Assembly (NCBI GenBank): GCA_030390025.1 | Contig: CM059432.1 | Span: forward strand, 92,196,001-92,260,000 | DNA from: Squalus acanthias | Lineage: Eukaryota | Direction: 5' to 3' | Length of the DNA: 64,000 bases | Shown: positions 24,195 to 37,950 of the stretch, piece by piece | Numbering within the stretch: the first letter of the stretch is position 1 | How the letters are laid out: every line of letters starts with the position of its first letter | The notes under the pieces: generated by a model | Seen by the model: only the letters and a program-made list of their open reading frames with translations | The model's database searches: none | Told to the model about the DNA's origin: nothing | Position numbers and translations under genes: made by a program

Positions 24195-26455
24195 GTGGGG
24201 GGGTCCGATGGTGGTCGGGAGGGGTTCAATTGTGGTGGGGGGGTCCGATGGTGGTCGCAGGGGGTGGCTCCTGATCGTGGGGGGAGGGTCCTGATTGCGG
24301 GAGGGGCGATCTTGATCCCAATCGCGGAGGTTCCCAATTGCGTGCGGGGGGGAGGTTCCAAACACGGGGGATGGTTCCAATTGCACGGGGCTTGTCCAAT
24401 GGTGGTCGGGGGGAGCAGATGGTGGTTGAGGTGTCCTATGGTGGTGAGGGGGTCCTATGTTGGTCGGGGGGTGGATCAGATGGTCGGGGGGGTCTGATGG
24501 TGATCGGGGGAGCAGATGGTGGTTGTGGGGTTCGAGGGTGGGGTGGGTCCGATGGTGGTCGGGCGGCAATCGATGGCGGGGGGTGGTCCGATGGTGGTCG
24601 GGTAGGAATCGATGGCGGGGGGTGGTCCGATGCAGGTCAGAGGGATCCAATAGTGGTCGAGAGGTCCGATGATGATCGGGGGGGTCTGATGATGATGATC
24701 GGGGGGGGGGGGTCTGATGATGATCGGGGGGGGGTCTGATGATGATGATGATCGGGGGGGGGTCTGATGATGATGATCGGGGGGTCTGATGATGATGATC
24801 GGGGGGGTCTGATGATGATGATCGGGGGGGGGGTCTGATGATGATGATCGGGGGGGGTCTGATGATGATCGGGGGGGGGTCTGATGATGATGATCGGGGG
24901 GGTCTGATGATGATGATCGGGGGGGTCTGATGATGATCGGGGGGTCTGATGATGATCGGGGGGGGTCTGATGATGATGATCGGGGGGGGGTCTGATGATG
25001 ATGATCGGGGGGGTCTGATGATGATGATCGGGGGGGGGTCTGATGATGATGATGATCGGGGGGGGGTCTGATGATGATCGGGGGGGTCTGATGATGATCG
25101 GGGGGGGTCTGATGATGATGATCGGGGGGGTCTGATGATGATGATCGGGGGGGGGTCTGATGATGATGATCGGGGGGGGGTCTGATGATGATGATCGGGG
25201 GGGGGTCTGATGATGATGATCGGGGGGTCTGATGATGATGATCGGGGGGGGGTCTGATGATGATGATCGGGGGGGGTCTGATGATGATGATGATCGGGGG
25301 GGGTCTGATGATGATGATCGGGGGGTCTGATGATGATGATCGGGGGGGTCTGATGATGATGATCGGGGGGGGGTCTGATGATGATGATCGGGGGGGGTCT
25401 GATGATGATGATCGGGGGGGGTCTGATGATGATCGGGGGGTCTGATGATGATCGGGGGGGGTCTGATGATGATGATCGGGGGGGGGGTCTGATGATGATG
25501 ATCGGGGGGTCTGATGATGATCGGGGGGGGGTCTGATGATGATGATCGGGGGGGGGTCTGATGATGATGATCGGGGGGGGGTCTGATGATGATGATCGGG
25601 GGGGGGTCTGATGATGATGATCGGGGGGGGGTCTGATGATGATGATCGGGGGGGGTCTGATGATGATGATCGGGGGGGTCTGATGATGATGATCGGGGGG
25701 GGGTCTGATGATGATGATCGGGGGGGGGTCTGATGATGATGATCGGGGGGGGGTCTGATGATGATCGGGGGGGTCTGATGATGATGATCGGGGGGGTCTG
25801 ATGATGATGATCGGGGGGGGGTCTGATGATGATGATCGGGGGGGGGTCTGATGATGATGATCGGGGGGGTCTGATGATGATCGGGGGGGGGTCTGATGAT
25901 GATGATCGGGGGGGTCTGATGATGGTGATCGGGGGGGTCTGATGATGATGATCGGGGGGGTCTGATGATGATGATCGGGGGGGGGTCTGATGATGGTGAT
26001 CGGGGGGGTCTGATGATGGTGATCGGGGGGGTCTGATGATGATGATCGGGGGGGGGTCTGATGATGATGATCGGGGGGGGGTCTGATGATGGTGATCGGG
26101 GGGGTCTGATGATGGTGATCGGGGGGGTCTGATGATGATGATCGGGGGGGTCTGATGATGATGATCGGGGGGGTCTGATGATGATGATCGGGGGGAGTCT
26201 GATGATGATGATCGGGGGGGGGTCTGATGATGATGATCGGGGGGGGTCTGATGATGATGATCGGGGGGGGGTCTGATGATGATGATCGGGGGGGGTCTGA
26301 TGATGATGATCGGGGGGGGTCTAATGATGATGATCGGGGGGGTCTGATGATGATGATCGGGGGGGGTCTGATGATGATCGGGGGGGGGTCTGATGATGAT
26401 GATCGGGGGGGTCTGATGATGATGATCGGGGGGGGTCTGATGATGGTCGGGGAGT
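24195..26455. repeat. G-rich tandem array, unit about TCT(GAT)3-5C(G)6-11
   Basis: Directly visible. Degenerate units at 24195-24670 and homogeneous units at 24670-26455. Confidence 0.97.
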
Positions 26456-26680
26456 CCAGACTGTTGCCGCCCATGCCGAGGTGGTGCAGTCCGCAGCCTT
26501 GCCTTCTAAGCCCAGAGCGGCTCAAGATCATCCTGCAAGGCCATCTGAAGTCTGCCTCACGGAAAGTCAACAGCCTTCCACCAGCCATGCTGCAGCCACT
26601 GGGGTAGCACATCGTGGGGGAACTAGGACAGGTAAAGGCACACTGAAGACAGGCACTAAGGGAATATACAAGGGTGATTA

Positions 26681-26914
26681 TGATAGCAAAATACTGCGGA
26701 TGCTGGAAATCCAAAATAACAACAGAAAACGCTGGAAAAACTCAGCAGGCCAGGCAGCATCCGTGGAGAGAGAAACAGAGTTAACGTTTCAGGTCGAAGA
26801 CCTTTCGTCAGAACAGTCTGACGAAAGGTCTTCGACCTGAAACGTTAACTCTGTTTCTCTCTCCACGGATGCTGCCTGGCCTGCTGAGTTTTTCCAGCGT
26901 TTTCTGTTGTTATT
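26681..26914. mobile_element. Penelope-like inverted pLTR insertion: perfect 98-bp hairpin with hammerhead motifs
   Basis: Arms 26715-26812 and 26817-26914 are exact reverse complements with a 4-nt loop and a 34-nt tail. 13-bp TSD ACAAGGGTGATTA at 26668-26680 and 26915-26927. Confidence 0.85.
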
Positions 26915-27069
26915 ACAAGGGTGATTAGTTGACTTTGTTATGTAATATTGGATAGATTGATGTATAAAGTTGGATTGGAATGTTTGTTTTGTGGTGGCTT
27001 TTATTTCAACACTGTGGCCAAGAGGACACTGTGATGGTCAGTAACAGAGGGCAGGTAAGGTGCGGGACT

Positions 27070-28241
27070 ATTGTTGATTGGGGAATTGGGGTTGCGTTCA
27101 CTGGTACCGCAGTTGGATGAGTTGATCATGGACAGTCCAGACAGAAAGGGGCTGTCTGGGTTGCCTCCTCCCTTCTCTGCTTCCACTTCCTGCTCCTCAT
27201 CCTCTTCCTCCTCCTCAGCTGGTTGCCATATGTCTGGTGGTAAGGACTGTGCCCTCATGATGGCTCGGTTGTGGAGCATGCAGCAGACCACGATGAATCT
27301 TGAGACCTGTTCTGGTGAGTACTGCAGGACTCCTCCAGAGCAGTCCAGGCAGTGGAAGCATTGATTAAGGACGCCAATGGTCTGCTCTATCAGATTCCAT
27401 GTGGCAGCATGGTTCTCATTGTACGCATGCTGCCCACGTGTGGTTGGGTTGCGGAGCGGAGTCATGAGCCAGGTGGTTAGCGGATAGCCCTTGTCGTCCA
27501 GTAGCCACCCTCTGGTTTATCTTGGTGGCTCAAAGACTGAGGGAACAGCGGACAGGCGCAGAATAAAAGCATCATGACTGCTGCCAGGATACTGGGCATT
27601 CACCATCATGATATGCAGAGCATGGTCGCACACCAACTGCACATTCAATGAGTGGTAACCTTTGCGGTTGCGGTACATCTCAGCATTTAGATGCGACACC
27701 CGCAAAGCCATGTGCATGCAGTCGATGGCGCCCTGCACCATGGGGAAGCCCGCTATCATGGCAAAGCCACAAGCATGCTCCACCCACTTCTCTCTGCTCA
27801 GCGAGAAGACAATGAACTCCCATCTCCTGACATAAAGAGTATTTGTCACCTCTCTTACACAGCAGTGGATTGCAAACTGGGAGATGTTACAGATGTCGCC
27901 TGCTTCAGCCTGAAAGGATCCCGACGTGAGGAAATTCAGGGCCACAGTCACCTTCACAGCCACTGGCAGCACTGTCCTTGCCCTGGTGTGAGGCTGCAGG
28001 TCTGATTGCAAGAGGTGGCAGAGTTCTGTGAGCACCTCTTTCGTAAAGCTCAGATGCCTCGCACACTGCCCCTGGCTCAGGTTGAGGTAAGGGAATTGCT
28101 ATCAGAAGACCCTAGGGGTTAAGGCCTCCTGCTGAGAACCCTTCTCCCCTCCTCCTCCCTCTGCGAGCAGCTTGTCCTTTTCTCCTGTTCCATCTCCCTG
28201 TCATGCTGCAGGCCAAGGTGGATGACAACTAGAGCATCCAT
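27070..28241 (-). pseudogene. HARBI1-like transposase pseudogene
   Basis: ORFs 27517..28035 (GAIDCMH, NRKGYHSLNVQ, PGSSHD) and 27001..27465 ([15 protein letters not shown]) are separated by a stop. The N-terminus is disrupted. Confidence 0.9.
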
Positions 28242-29271
28242 GACTGGGAGCAAGTGGTCTGACCAGAACTCTTGAAGTCAGAAGCAAGGCCTTCTCCACT
28301 TGCAGCCCCACTCCCTCTCACCTCAACAACTTTAAACAATTCTAGAAAGCTCCAAACACTTTCACAAACTTACATAAAACCAATAGAAATTAATCAGCAA
28401 CTGACCTTAGAGTGGTTGCTGATCCCTTTAAATATCGCTGGTGAGGGACCCTTGCTGCTGCTGAATGATGTTCAGCTGTGCGAGGTTAAAACAGGGCATT
28501 AGCTCCACTGTTGAGGATGAAAATGGCAGCACTGGCGTCAAATCAGCATTGCACGCTGATTGACGTCACGATCTGCCTACTCAACATACTTCCGGGGCAC
28601 ACTCCTAGCGCCCGCCCTACCGCCCTGACCAATATGGCATACGGCGCAGCACGCACCAGAAGTGTGTTCGGTGCGGATGCCATTTTCATCTCAAAACAAC
28701 ACCTGTAGCGCCGAAAAATCAGGCGTTACGGAGCCGAATATCTGGCCCTATGACTATCCACCTTGGGCCACTTTCTACATCTCCTAGCAACAGGTTATCA
28801 AGTGATATTGATGAAGGAGTAAAATCTCCAGCTGTCTCCATAGAAAGTGTTGGGACAATACACAAATGAGTGGGAAGAAACCTGAAAAAAACAACACGTG
28901 CACGACAAAATCCACCTCTTGCATATTGATAAATATTGATTCTCAGATTCTTACATTTATCACTTAATTTTACTACACAGGTTAATCATGATCCAATCAA
29001 CAGCGATTGATATAATTGTGATTGAGGTGCTGCCTGGCATGCTGAGTATTTCCAGCATTTTCTGTTTTAATTTGCAATTGATATAAAATCACTGGTATAC
29101 ATCAGTAAGTATATGCCAAGCACACTCACAACAGCATAAATGTTTCATATAACCTCACGGACCAGCCAACTTGTCACCAAATATGTTGGTTCCCCAAAAA
29201 GTTAAAAAATAAGCACAATATAATTTTCTCTAAGAAACAAAAAGCTTTACCATATGTTCTTTTCTTTTAGA

Positions 29272-29700
29272 ATAATAGTATCATAGAATCCATTCGGTCC
29301 ATCGTGACTGTGCTGGCTCTTTGGTAGAGCTATCCAATTAGTCCCACTCACCTGCTCTTTCCCTATAGCCCTGCAAATGTTTTCCTTCAAGTATTTATGC
29401 AATTCCCTTTTAAAAGTTACTATTGAATCTGCTTCCACTACACTTTCACATAGTGCATTCCAGATCACAACACCTCGCTGAGTAATGTTTTTTTCTTCTT
29501 GTCGCCTCTGGTTCTCTTGCCAATCACCTTAAATCTGTGTCCTCTGGTTACCGAATCTTCTGTCACTGGAAACAGTTCCTCTTATTTACTCTATCAAAAC
29601 CCTTCATGATTTTGAACACCTCAATCAAATCCCCTCTTCACCTTCTCTTCTCTAAGAACAACCCCAGCTTCTCCAGTCTCCACATAACTGAAGTCTCTCA
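29272..29700 (-). mobile_element. CR1 3' fragment
   Basis: ORF 29247..29468 (IWNAL…VVEADSI…FKREL) and CR1 3' UTR. Confidence 0.75.
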
Positions 29701-32599
29701 CCGCAATCAACCATTTGAATGGTTTTGAAATTACAAAAGAAACTGTTAATTTGACTCTCAATCATGTCTTTCTCATCTGAAAATTCACCTATTTTCCTGT
29801 TAATCACTATTGTGTTAACATCAACTGTGCATCTCTGCTTCCTGGCATCAAAATATTTGTAAAATTTACTGCAGTAAATAAAAAAATAACGTTAAAGTTG
29901 AACATAATTCTTCATAAACATTTTTTTCTTAGAAGTATTCCCAATGGTGAAAGGAGATTAAACAGGTTTAATCTCCTTTCTTTATTTTTAATTCATGACG
30001 ACTTGAAGCAAGAACACTCAGCTTTGCCAAATCAACATGCATACACCCTACCCAGGCGTAACAGCAGTAATAGCATCTGTCCAATCGTGAAGCCACATTT
30101 TCACAGTTGGTATGATTCTACAGCTAACAGCAAGCTCAGTGGTGTGTCCTCACCTAATTCCTGTAAACTCCTGCCAACACAGCAGCACTCAGAAATCATA
30201 TGGCAAGATGACAGACCAAAATAAAGATGATAGACGTATCCGCTAAATCAGATCAGGAAGCTCCTGTTAAACGTTGTTCTTTTCTGTCATTGTCCATCCT
30301 CATTCAGTTAAAACTCTGTATGTCCATAGCATTCTTGTCAATAAGCAAGTCACAACCTCTCAAGATAAATACAGATTAGGAAGGCAATTCAGTCCATCTT
30401 AATTTACCCATCTAGAAAAACCTACAGTCTGTCTGTCACAGCAACCAACTGTCTCTTAATTCAGCCGTTATTAATCAATAAAGCTTCTCCTGAATTAACT
30501 TTGCTCAGTAGCTCCACCACCAAATTCCTCCCACCATTTTCTACATCCCATTATGTGAAACATCTGCCACCACAGCACCCAGAATAAAGGACTTTGGTTC
30601 CTGCTACAGAATTGCTCTGCCCATCATAACACTCACAACACATGACCAGGTGAAAATGGCTTCCAATACTGCATGCGTTGTACTCAATGCTGCAGAAGTG
30701 TTCCTGAGCTTAGTGTCTGCTCCCAGTTCAAGCATTCCCTTCCTGTTATTTGATGCATGTTGTGCTCTGCTACTTAATCTGATGTAAAATACCCATGGAG
30801 GAGCCTGAGAGGTGGTTGTCAGCTAATTGTCACCGAGAGACACTTGAGAATCAGGTTGCTCTGCAACTCGGGTTGAATGGACCTCAGATGGTCCAGCTTC
30901 AGGCTACTGGTATCCATTGTGGAGGGGGGGGGGGGGTGGACTATATAAGGGGAACTCAGACCTACCAGATTTCCACCCCATGTAATAAATGGCTCAAATT
31001 CCGTTCCAGCAGAGCACTGTAGGCAAATCTTCCACCCACTCTGTCAGTCAAAAGACAGGTTTGGTGGCGTGTCTGGAGGGGGGGTTTCCGAGACTATCCC
31101 AGAAATTCCGGCCAGCATGCCCTCCATAGGCCCAAAGGAAGCCACGCCAGATGAGAGTTGACATGTCTTCTGCAAGGGCCTTCCAAAGGCAAAAGGTTCC
31201 CTGGCGCAGTCAATCAATCCTAGAGGGACTCAATCACCATTAAATTAATGGCCACATTTCCACTCAGAGAACCTCAGAAATATTTGTGACTTTCTTTCCA
31301 GCCTCAAATCTGCCATTAGAATGGACAGGGGCCACTCCGCCTTCCCAGTAGGCAGCTGAGGTTGGCACCTCTGTTTCGCTGCTGCCTGGCCTGACTCTGG
31401 AAATAACCCCGTCCTTGCAATTTGGGATGGGGGCCATACTTCTACCTGTAGGCAGACAGGAGCCCTGATCCACCACACTTCTGCTGGTGGAGCAGGACCT
31501 TGGAATTTCGGACCCCATAATATTTAATAAAGTGCGTTGGAGGTCAAGTGCTGTGATTTGCTGTTCCATCTAAACTGCTCCACTTGCTGTATTTGGCCTG
31601 GTGGAGTAAACTGAGTACTTGTAACTGGGTGGAGTGACCCATCTGTCTCATTGGAGGAAAGGGAGTCACTCAATGACCTGACTGACGAAGGCGACTGATA
31701 ATGAGTTCCATTTCTCCTGTTGTTACAGTTTCCTCGAAACATTCCAATATGGACACAGCATTCGTCAGCCTCAAATGGAAATGAGCTGTTTACATTCAAA
31801 TTTACGAGATTGCTCATTTGCATAGCTTTAGATGCAGATTTAGACGGGTGTAGGAAGCAAACCAGGGAGTCGGTTATAACTATTGGGCGACCGACCAGCA
31901 GAGCGCGCGGCAGCCGCCCATCCTGGGTGTCCCAATACAGCTGGCCGGATTCAGGCTGCCCAAAGATCAGGTGGCCCGGCAGCAAGGTAAGTCCGGGGGG
32001 CCGGGGAGGTGAGGGGGAAGACAGCCTGGGGTTGAAGCAGCCCAGATTGTTTTGTTCCACCTGGACGTTCCAAAAATAATTAAAAATGTAACTCTCCAGG
32101 GCCGCTTAGGCTCTGTCGCCAGTGAAACTGGTCAGAGAATGCACAACACACTTTTTGACCAGTTCTATCCTGAAATTGCAATTGGGGGTCCTATTTACAT
32201 CATAGGACCTTGATTTGCATATTAAAAGAGGCCAACCGTCTGAAATAGGCAGGCACTTCGGTCGCCCAACCGTAGGTCCTTCTGAAAGTGGCATCGGGCT
32301 GGTCATCGGCGTTAATGGGGCAGTAAGTCTACCGACTCCACTTTGAGGCCATTACCGCCCCATTAACATTGTTTTCGGCAAGTTAAAATCGACCCCTAGC
32401 ACTAGAGCACAAAGAAGTGTAAGTGAAATTTAAAGGGATGCAGACAATTAATGGGAAATATCAGAAAGCAGGACAAAAATTATTACATACGTAAGGCTTA
32501 GAAGGCATTTCAACCCATTGCCCAAGACTGAAAAGAGAAGGGACCAAGAAGTGACAAGCAAAAATGAAGGGAAAGTAAATCCAAGGAGCATAAGAAGGA

Positions 32600-33192
32600 G
32601 CATAAGAACATAAGAACAGAAGAATTAGGAGCAGGAGTAGGCCATACGGCCCCTCGAGCCTGCTCCGCCATTCAATAAGGTCACAGCTGATCTTCGACCT
32701 CAACTCCACTTTCCCGCCCAATCCCCATAGCCCTTGATTCCCCATGAGTCCAAAAATCTATCTATCTCAGCCTTGAATATACTCAACGATTCAGCATCCA
32801 CAGCCCTCTGGGGTAGAGAATTCCAAAGATTCACAACCCTCTGAGTGAAGAAATTCCTCTCATCTCAGTCTTAAATGACCGACACCTTATCCTGAGACTA
32901 TGCCCCCTAGTTCTAGACTCTCCAGCCAGGGGAAACAACCTCTCAGCATCTACCCTGTCAATCCCCTTCAGAATCCAGAGAGTATAGGCCCAATCTACTC
33001 AATCTCTCCTCATAGGATAACCCTCTCATCCCAGGATTCAATCTAGTGAATCTTCGTTGCACTGCCTCTAAGGCAAGAATATCCTTAATTAGATAAGGAG
33101 ACCAAAACTGTGCACAGTACTCCAAGTGTGGTCTCCCCAAAGCCCTGTACAATTGTAGCAAGACTTCCTTACTCTTGTACACCAACCCCCAC
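32600..33192 (-). mobile_element. CR1 3' fragment
   Basis: ORF 32958..33206 (RPHLEYCAQFWSP) and (TTCTTATG)n tail. Confidence 0.85.
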
Positions 33193-34497
33193 CTGGCGGA
33201 AGACAAAGCGGAGAGGGCAGTTAAAAAGGGGTGGGGGACTTACTCACTCCTTTCCGGCACCGATCTGCATGACTTCAATTTAAAATTGCAGATGACAAGG
33301 ACACCTGCTCATTAAATATGCAGGTCGGGTGCCGATGATGTCTATTTTAACCTGAGGCCTGAGCGGTGGGGGATATCACTGATGGCATCCTTGCCATCCA
33401 AACCTGCTGGAAACAGGGGCCAAAGCTAGAAGAGGCCCAGCAAAGCAGGTTGCTAAAATTTTATTTAGTTTCCTTGTGGGGCCAGGGGAGCCTTGGCCCA
33501 CCCCTGGCTACTCCTCATTCCCCCAACCAGGATTCTCTTCCTGGAGCATTTACCATGTACCAGGGAACGTTCCCGCGGGTTCTGCCACCTGATTTTAATG
33601 ACCGAACAGTCGCTTCCTGCTGACTTTCTGGCCCTTTTGTTTGGGCAGTCGGCAAGTGGCATATTAATGAGGCCGGGTCTACCTGTTACTGCTCCTGGAC
33701 AGACGCACAGCTCGTTTTGCCATGCTCCCACCCGGGAATTAAAATCCAGCCTCATGTAATTCTATGTGGTTTTATTATAGCAAACACCACCATCATTATC
33801 TGGAAATGTATGCTCGAAAAATCGTACTGGCAGATGAAACTGAAAAGTCAGCAAAGATTTCCAGGTTAAGATTTTCCACATTCCCCGGAGACTTTCTGAA
33901 GCAAATGAATTGCCTGTTTCGCACTTTCTATCTTAATGTTATTCCCCGTCAGCTTGACTCATTCCTTATTACCAGAATTATCTTGTCAGAAAAGACTGAA
34001 GGGTTAGAAAGTGCCTGATGATCTTGCCTAGCACAGTCGCAGCAAGTGATGTCACAGCACCTATTCATGTCATTCGAGCATTCTAATTAGCTATCAGCCT
34101 TGCTTTCCGTCTGCTGGAGCAATCACAGCTTTTCCTCTGCCTAGTTACTTCTTATCTTTCCCTCATTATCTTCAATTACTGTGCACTAAGTAACAATTCT
34201 ATGGAACAGACTTTGATCCTCATGTTTTACTAAAATTCCACTTTTTAATCTTCTTCTTTATAAAGTGAAACCTGAACAAACATAGGTCCTCGACCCGAAA
34301 CGTTGACTCTGTTTCTCTTTCCTCGATGCTGCCTGACCTGCTGAGTGTTTCCAGCATTTTCTGTTGTTATTAAACATATTTGGGACTGACTTCAGCATTC
34401 CTTGCATTTGAATGCAGCTTCGAGGCTGATTCATTGATATATTACACTAAGAATGAAGTGGAAGACAAGCGCGTTGTAACTTAAGCTGCAGGTATAC

Positions 34498-36166
34498 TGT
34501 AAGGGTTTGTTGTGCCTGTGTCTCTCAGAGACGGTGCTGGTGCGAGGTTAGGCCTTCGTTGCCTAATACTATTGCTTGCTCTGGTCTCCGGCCAGCCCTT
34601 TTGCAATAAGCACCTGTGAGTGGTTCGACCCACTCGCCCTTACGGTTCTAACACTGGACTTAGGTGCAGGGAGCAGTAATGCAGAGAAAACTCAAATAGA
34701 CCCGGTTGAATAGTACGAAATGGAAATCTTTATTGCATAGCGTCCAAAATCATGAAGTACATGTCATAGGCGCAAATTAACGAGAGTACAAGTATACATA
34801 CATTCATAAAGCTTGGTCTATGGAAATGAAGAACGCACGGCACATCGTAAAAAGGGGAACACATTATACTTTAACCTTAATAAAACCACCCTCCCTTAAC
34901 AATACCTACACTACGTCTAGATTTGTAGGATCGGGAAACATGCTCACCACTCGTGCTACTTCGGAGAATTTTAAAGTGAGGCACTCGGCTCGTTTCGCTG
35001 CAGCGCCTGACTGTCACGTGTTTGGAAGGGTCTCTGTACCCCACTTGTTTATTTTCGCTGCTGCGACAAGCAGGCCAGACTCCCTGTTGTCATGAAGAAC
35101 TCGACAGGACTCAAACCGGATCGTGCAGTAACCCGTAGAATTCAAAGATGAGTTCTGTATTTATATTTTCGGGCGCGGTCGGGGTTTACTGACCGTGGCG
35201 GCACGTGGATTCTTCTCCTCTTCTTCTCGTCTCGTCTCGTCTCTTCGGGCCTTCGGGTCCAGACACCGTTTACCGACACTCGGGATGGTGCACCCGGTTA
35301 CTTGCCCTTGTCGGGGCGGCTCGTTCCGAGTGAGCTCCACCCAACATTCGAATAACCGACCAGTACGGCTAAGAGTCAAGAGTCAACAAAGTCCAGAGAA
35401 ACACAGAAGGCTGCTCGTCCAGCAGAGCGATACCCGAGGATCAGAGCCAGCCGGGAGAATAAGAGTCGAATCAAGAGAATAAGAGTTCAGCAGTCAGCAG
35501 CGAGATAAGAGAATAAGAGACCGATGGACATTTGTTCACTATAGTTATAGTGATATGTTCCCTTATCTCCCGCTCAAAACTTAATGTTTGTCCTTTGTGT
35601 AATACTGGTGCACAAAACTCCCAGCATGGGGCGGTTGTCTTCTTTAACGGGTTTCGGTAGCACCTGAAACTGGCCAACTATCCGTTAATGTTTTCCCCAT
35701 TGTTGACCCAGCCAGGATGTGTATGAATCGTCTCCCTGACTGGTTTTGGGGGCCCCCGAATACTGACTTAATCACCCGTCAATGTCTCTCTCAATGTAGA
35801 GCCGTGGGGGTATTTGTGTATTGATGTGTCTGGATGGGTCTTCGGTTGCCCAGTACAATGGTCTTTACTTGTGCATGGAAAACGATTCTAGCACTTATAT
35901 CTTTGCTATTGTCACAAATGCAAACGGGTTGCATCCTGTCTTTATCAGTGTTTATCGAGTATGATCCAATCTTATATTGAATGTTTATTCGACGCCATCT
36001 TGTCTGCCCACTGTATTTCTGGAAGCTTCTGCCACGATGCGCGGTGGCCATTTTACAGGCTTCTGTGTCCTTTATAATCATGACAGCATTTCGTTTAATA
36101 AAACTGATCAAACGAATCTGTTTCTCTCTGTGTTATTTCGAATCGCGATAATTGCGAAACTTTACA
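34498..36166 (-). mobile_element. Solo LTR, 1669 bp
   Basis: TGTAAGG…CTTTACA termini and a 4-bp TSD ATAC (34494-34497, 36167-36170). Minus-strand TATAAAT at 35159-35165 and AATAAA at 34729-34734. CpG-rich with no coding domain. Confidence 0.8.
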
Positions 36167-37731
36167 ATACCCAATATATCCATCACTGACTCTTCTATAA
36201 AAATTCCACAGAGTTCAACTTCAAAATATTCTACATGAGCCATACAATCTTTTTAAAATGTACAGTAGGCAACTGTACACGTGTAATATGACCAGTCTAC
36301 TGAAAGAATGTTAAACCATTACCAGCCTCCCAAGCTAATGTGGGAACCATGTGTGCCCACAACCTCTGCACACAGGCACAAATTTAACTATCACCTGAAT
36401 GTCCCACATGTGTGAAACTCCACACATGCACCCTAGAAAACTTCAGGCCATTCTGGAGACAACTTGCTAGGACAGTAAAACACCTGGGGGGGGAAATTGG
36501 GTGGCGCCCCGCTAACGTCGTCAGCGCTAATTTTAGCTCCCAGAAAAAGTTAGCGCCCCTCCGCCTGAAATTCATTAGTAGCACCCCAAGCAGGAGGTGG
36601 AGCACTAGTGGAAGCACTCCACCTCCTTCTTGGGGCACTACAACTGAAGATTGCGGTGCTACATGCAACAGCGCCACACGCGCCAGCATGTAGCGCCGCA
36701 TCATTGCAGGCCTCCTCCCCTGATTAAAGTAACCCGCTCTGGAGAGGCGGGTCCATGATTATAACATGTTAATAAGGCTCCATTCCTGGTATTTTGGCAG
36801 TGATTTAAATTTAAGACTGGCCAGACGGGTATCTCCGAGTTCGGATACAGCAGGTAAGTGCTTTTTACAGCACTGCTTGTGAGCCATGAGGAGCAGGAGT
36901 GCTTCCTCCAGGCCCTCAAACAAATCTTCTCCAGCGATCGGACAACTCCCCTCTCCAAAGCTGTAATGTTTCCCGGTCCCTCCTCCCTCATGATTGTCAG
37001 TCCAAAACCTCCCCTCCCCGCCCCCCTCCAACAACCCACAATGTTTCCCGGTTGCTGGGGACCGCACCCAATGATCCCCGGCTGCGTCCTCCTACTGCTG
37101 GTTTTCCTACCCAGCAGATGACCAGGCTGTCAATCTGGCCAGCTGCCAGGCGGGAAATGGAGCAAAAATTGATAATGAGGTTCTGCCATTATATTCGGCA
37201 GGATCGCTGCATTCCCAGCATTTCCGGGTTTCCCCGCCTCAAACATGCAGGAAGAACAAGATCTGCCATGCCCTTCTATCAGCAACACTCACGCCATCAT
37301 TCACCCTCTCTCATCCAAGGATAATTAGCGAGTGAGCCAGAGGAGAAGCACACAGGATGATATACAGAGCACAAGTGGCTAGGAGGAGATGGGAATGGAA
37401 GATAAAGACGAGGTTCTTGGACGGAGACTCAGGAGATATTTGTCCTGTTTAGTTGTTCCTCCTCATTCTGCAATTCTTGCTTCTCAAGGTACAAGTACAG
37501 GAGAGACCCTAATGGAAACATCACTGTGTTCTGTGTTCTATAAATGAAATAATCTTCCCAGTACCAGCAGGAATGCTAAAGCTATTCGTAAGTTCCAGAT
37601 TAAAAAGACCTCAAAAAGCAACAACAAAATGTTCAGTAGCAAAGTTTGAGCATTTACTCTATCCTAATATGATGGCCTTTAATAGCACTTCCACCAGTCT
37701 AACAGGAAACCAGCAGTATCCCTTCTCTACA

Positions 37732-37950
37732 AAAATGAGAAGTCGCACAACACCAGGCTATAGTCCAACAGTTTTATTTAAAATTATGAGCTTTCGGAGC
37801 TGCTGCTCCTTCGTCAGGTAGAGGTACGACGAAGGAGCAGCAGCTCCGAAAGCTCGTAATTTTAAATAAAACTGTTGGACTATAACCTGGTGTTGTGCGA
37901 CTTCTCATTTTTGTCCACCCCAGTCCAACACCAGCATCTCCACATCATGA
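37732..37950. mobile_element. Penelope-like inverted pLTR insertion (second family) with hammerhead motifs
   Basis: 87-bp arms 37729-37815 and 37828-37914 with 2 mismatches, a ~36-nt tail, and TSD CCTT(C/T)TCTACA at 37721 and 37951. Confidence 0.8.

Larger units (their letters stand above)
26456..28748. mobile_element. Second Harbinger transposon, left part lost (3' end of Myb gene, transposase pseudogene, right TIR)
   Basis: 26460-26670 aligns with 18773-18990. A transposase lies on the minus strand and the element ends AATATCTGGCCC at 28737-28748. Confidence 0.85.

Noticed and set aside
24153..26714. 853-aa Pro/His/Ile-rich ORF
   Set aside because: It is the translation of the satellite's C-rich strand, which lacks stops. 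The peptide cycles among three frames as G-run length varies.
31524..32060. 178-aa minus-strand ORF
   Set aside because: It starts in GC-rich MITE-like sequence and has no recognisable motif.
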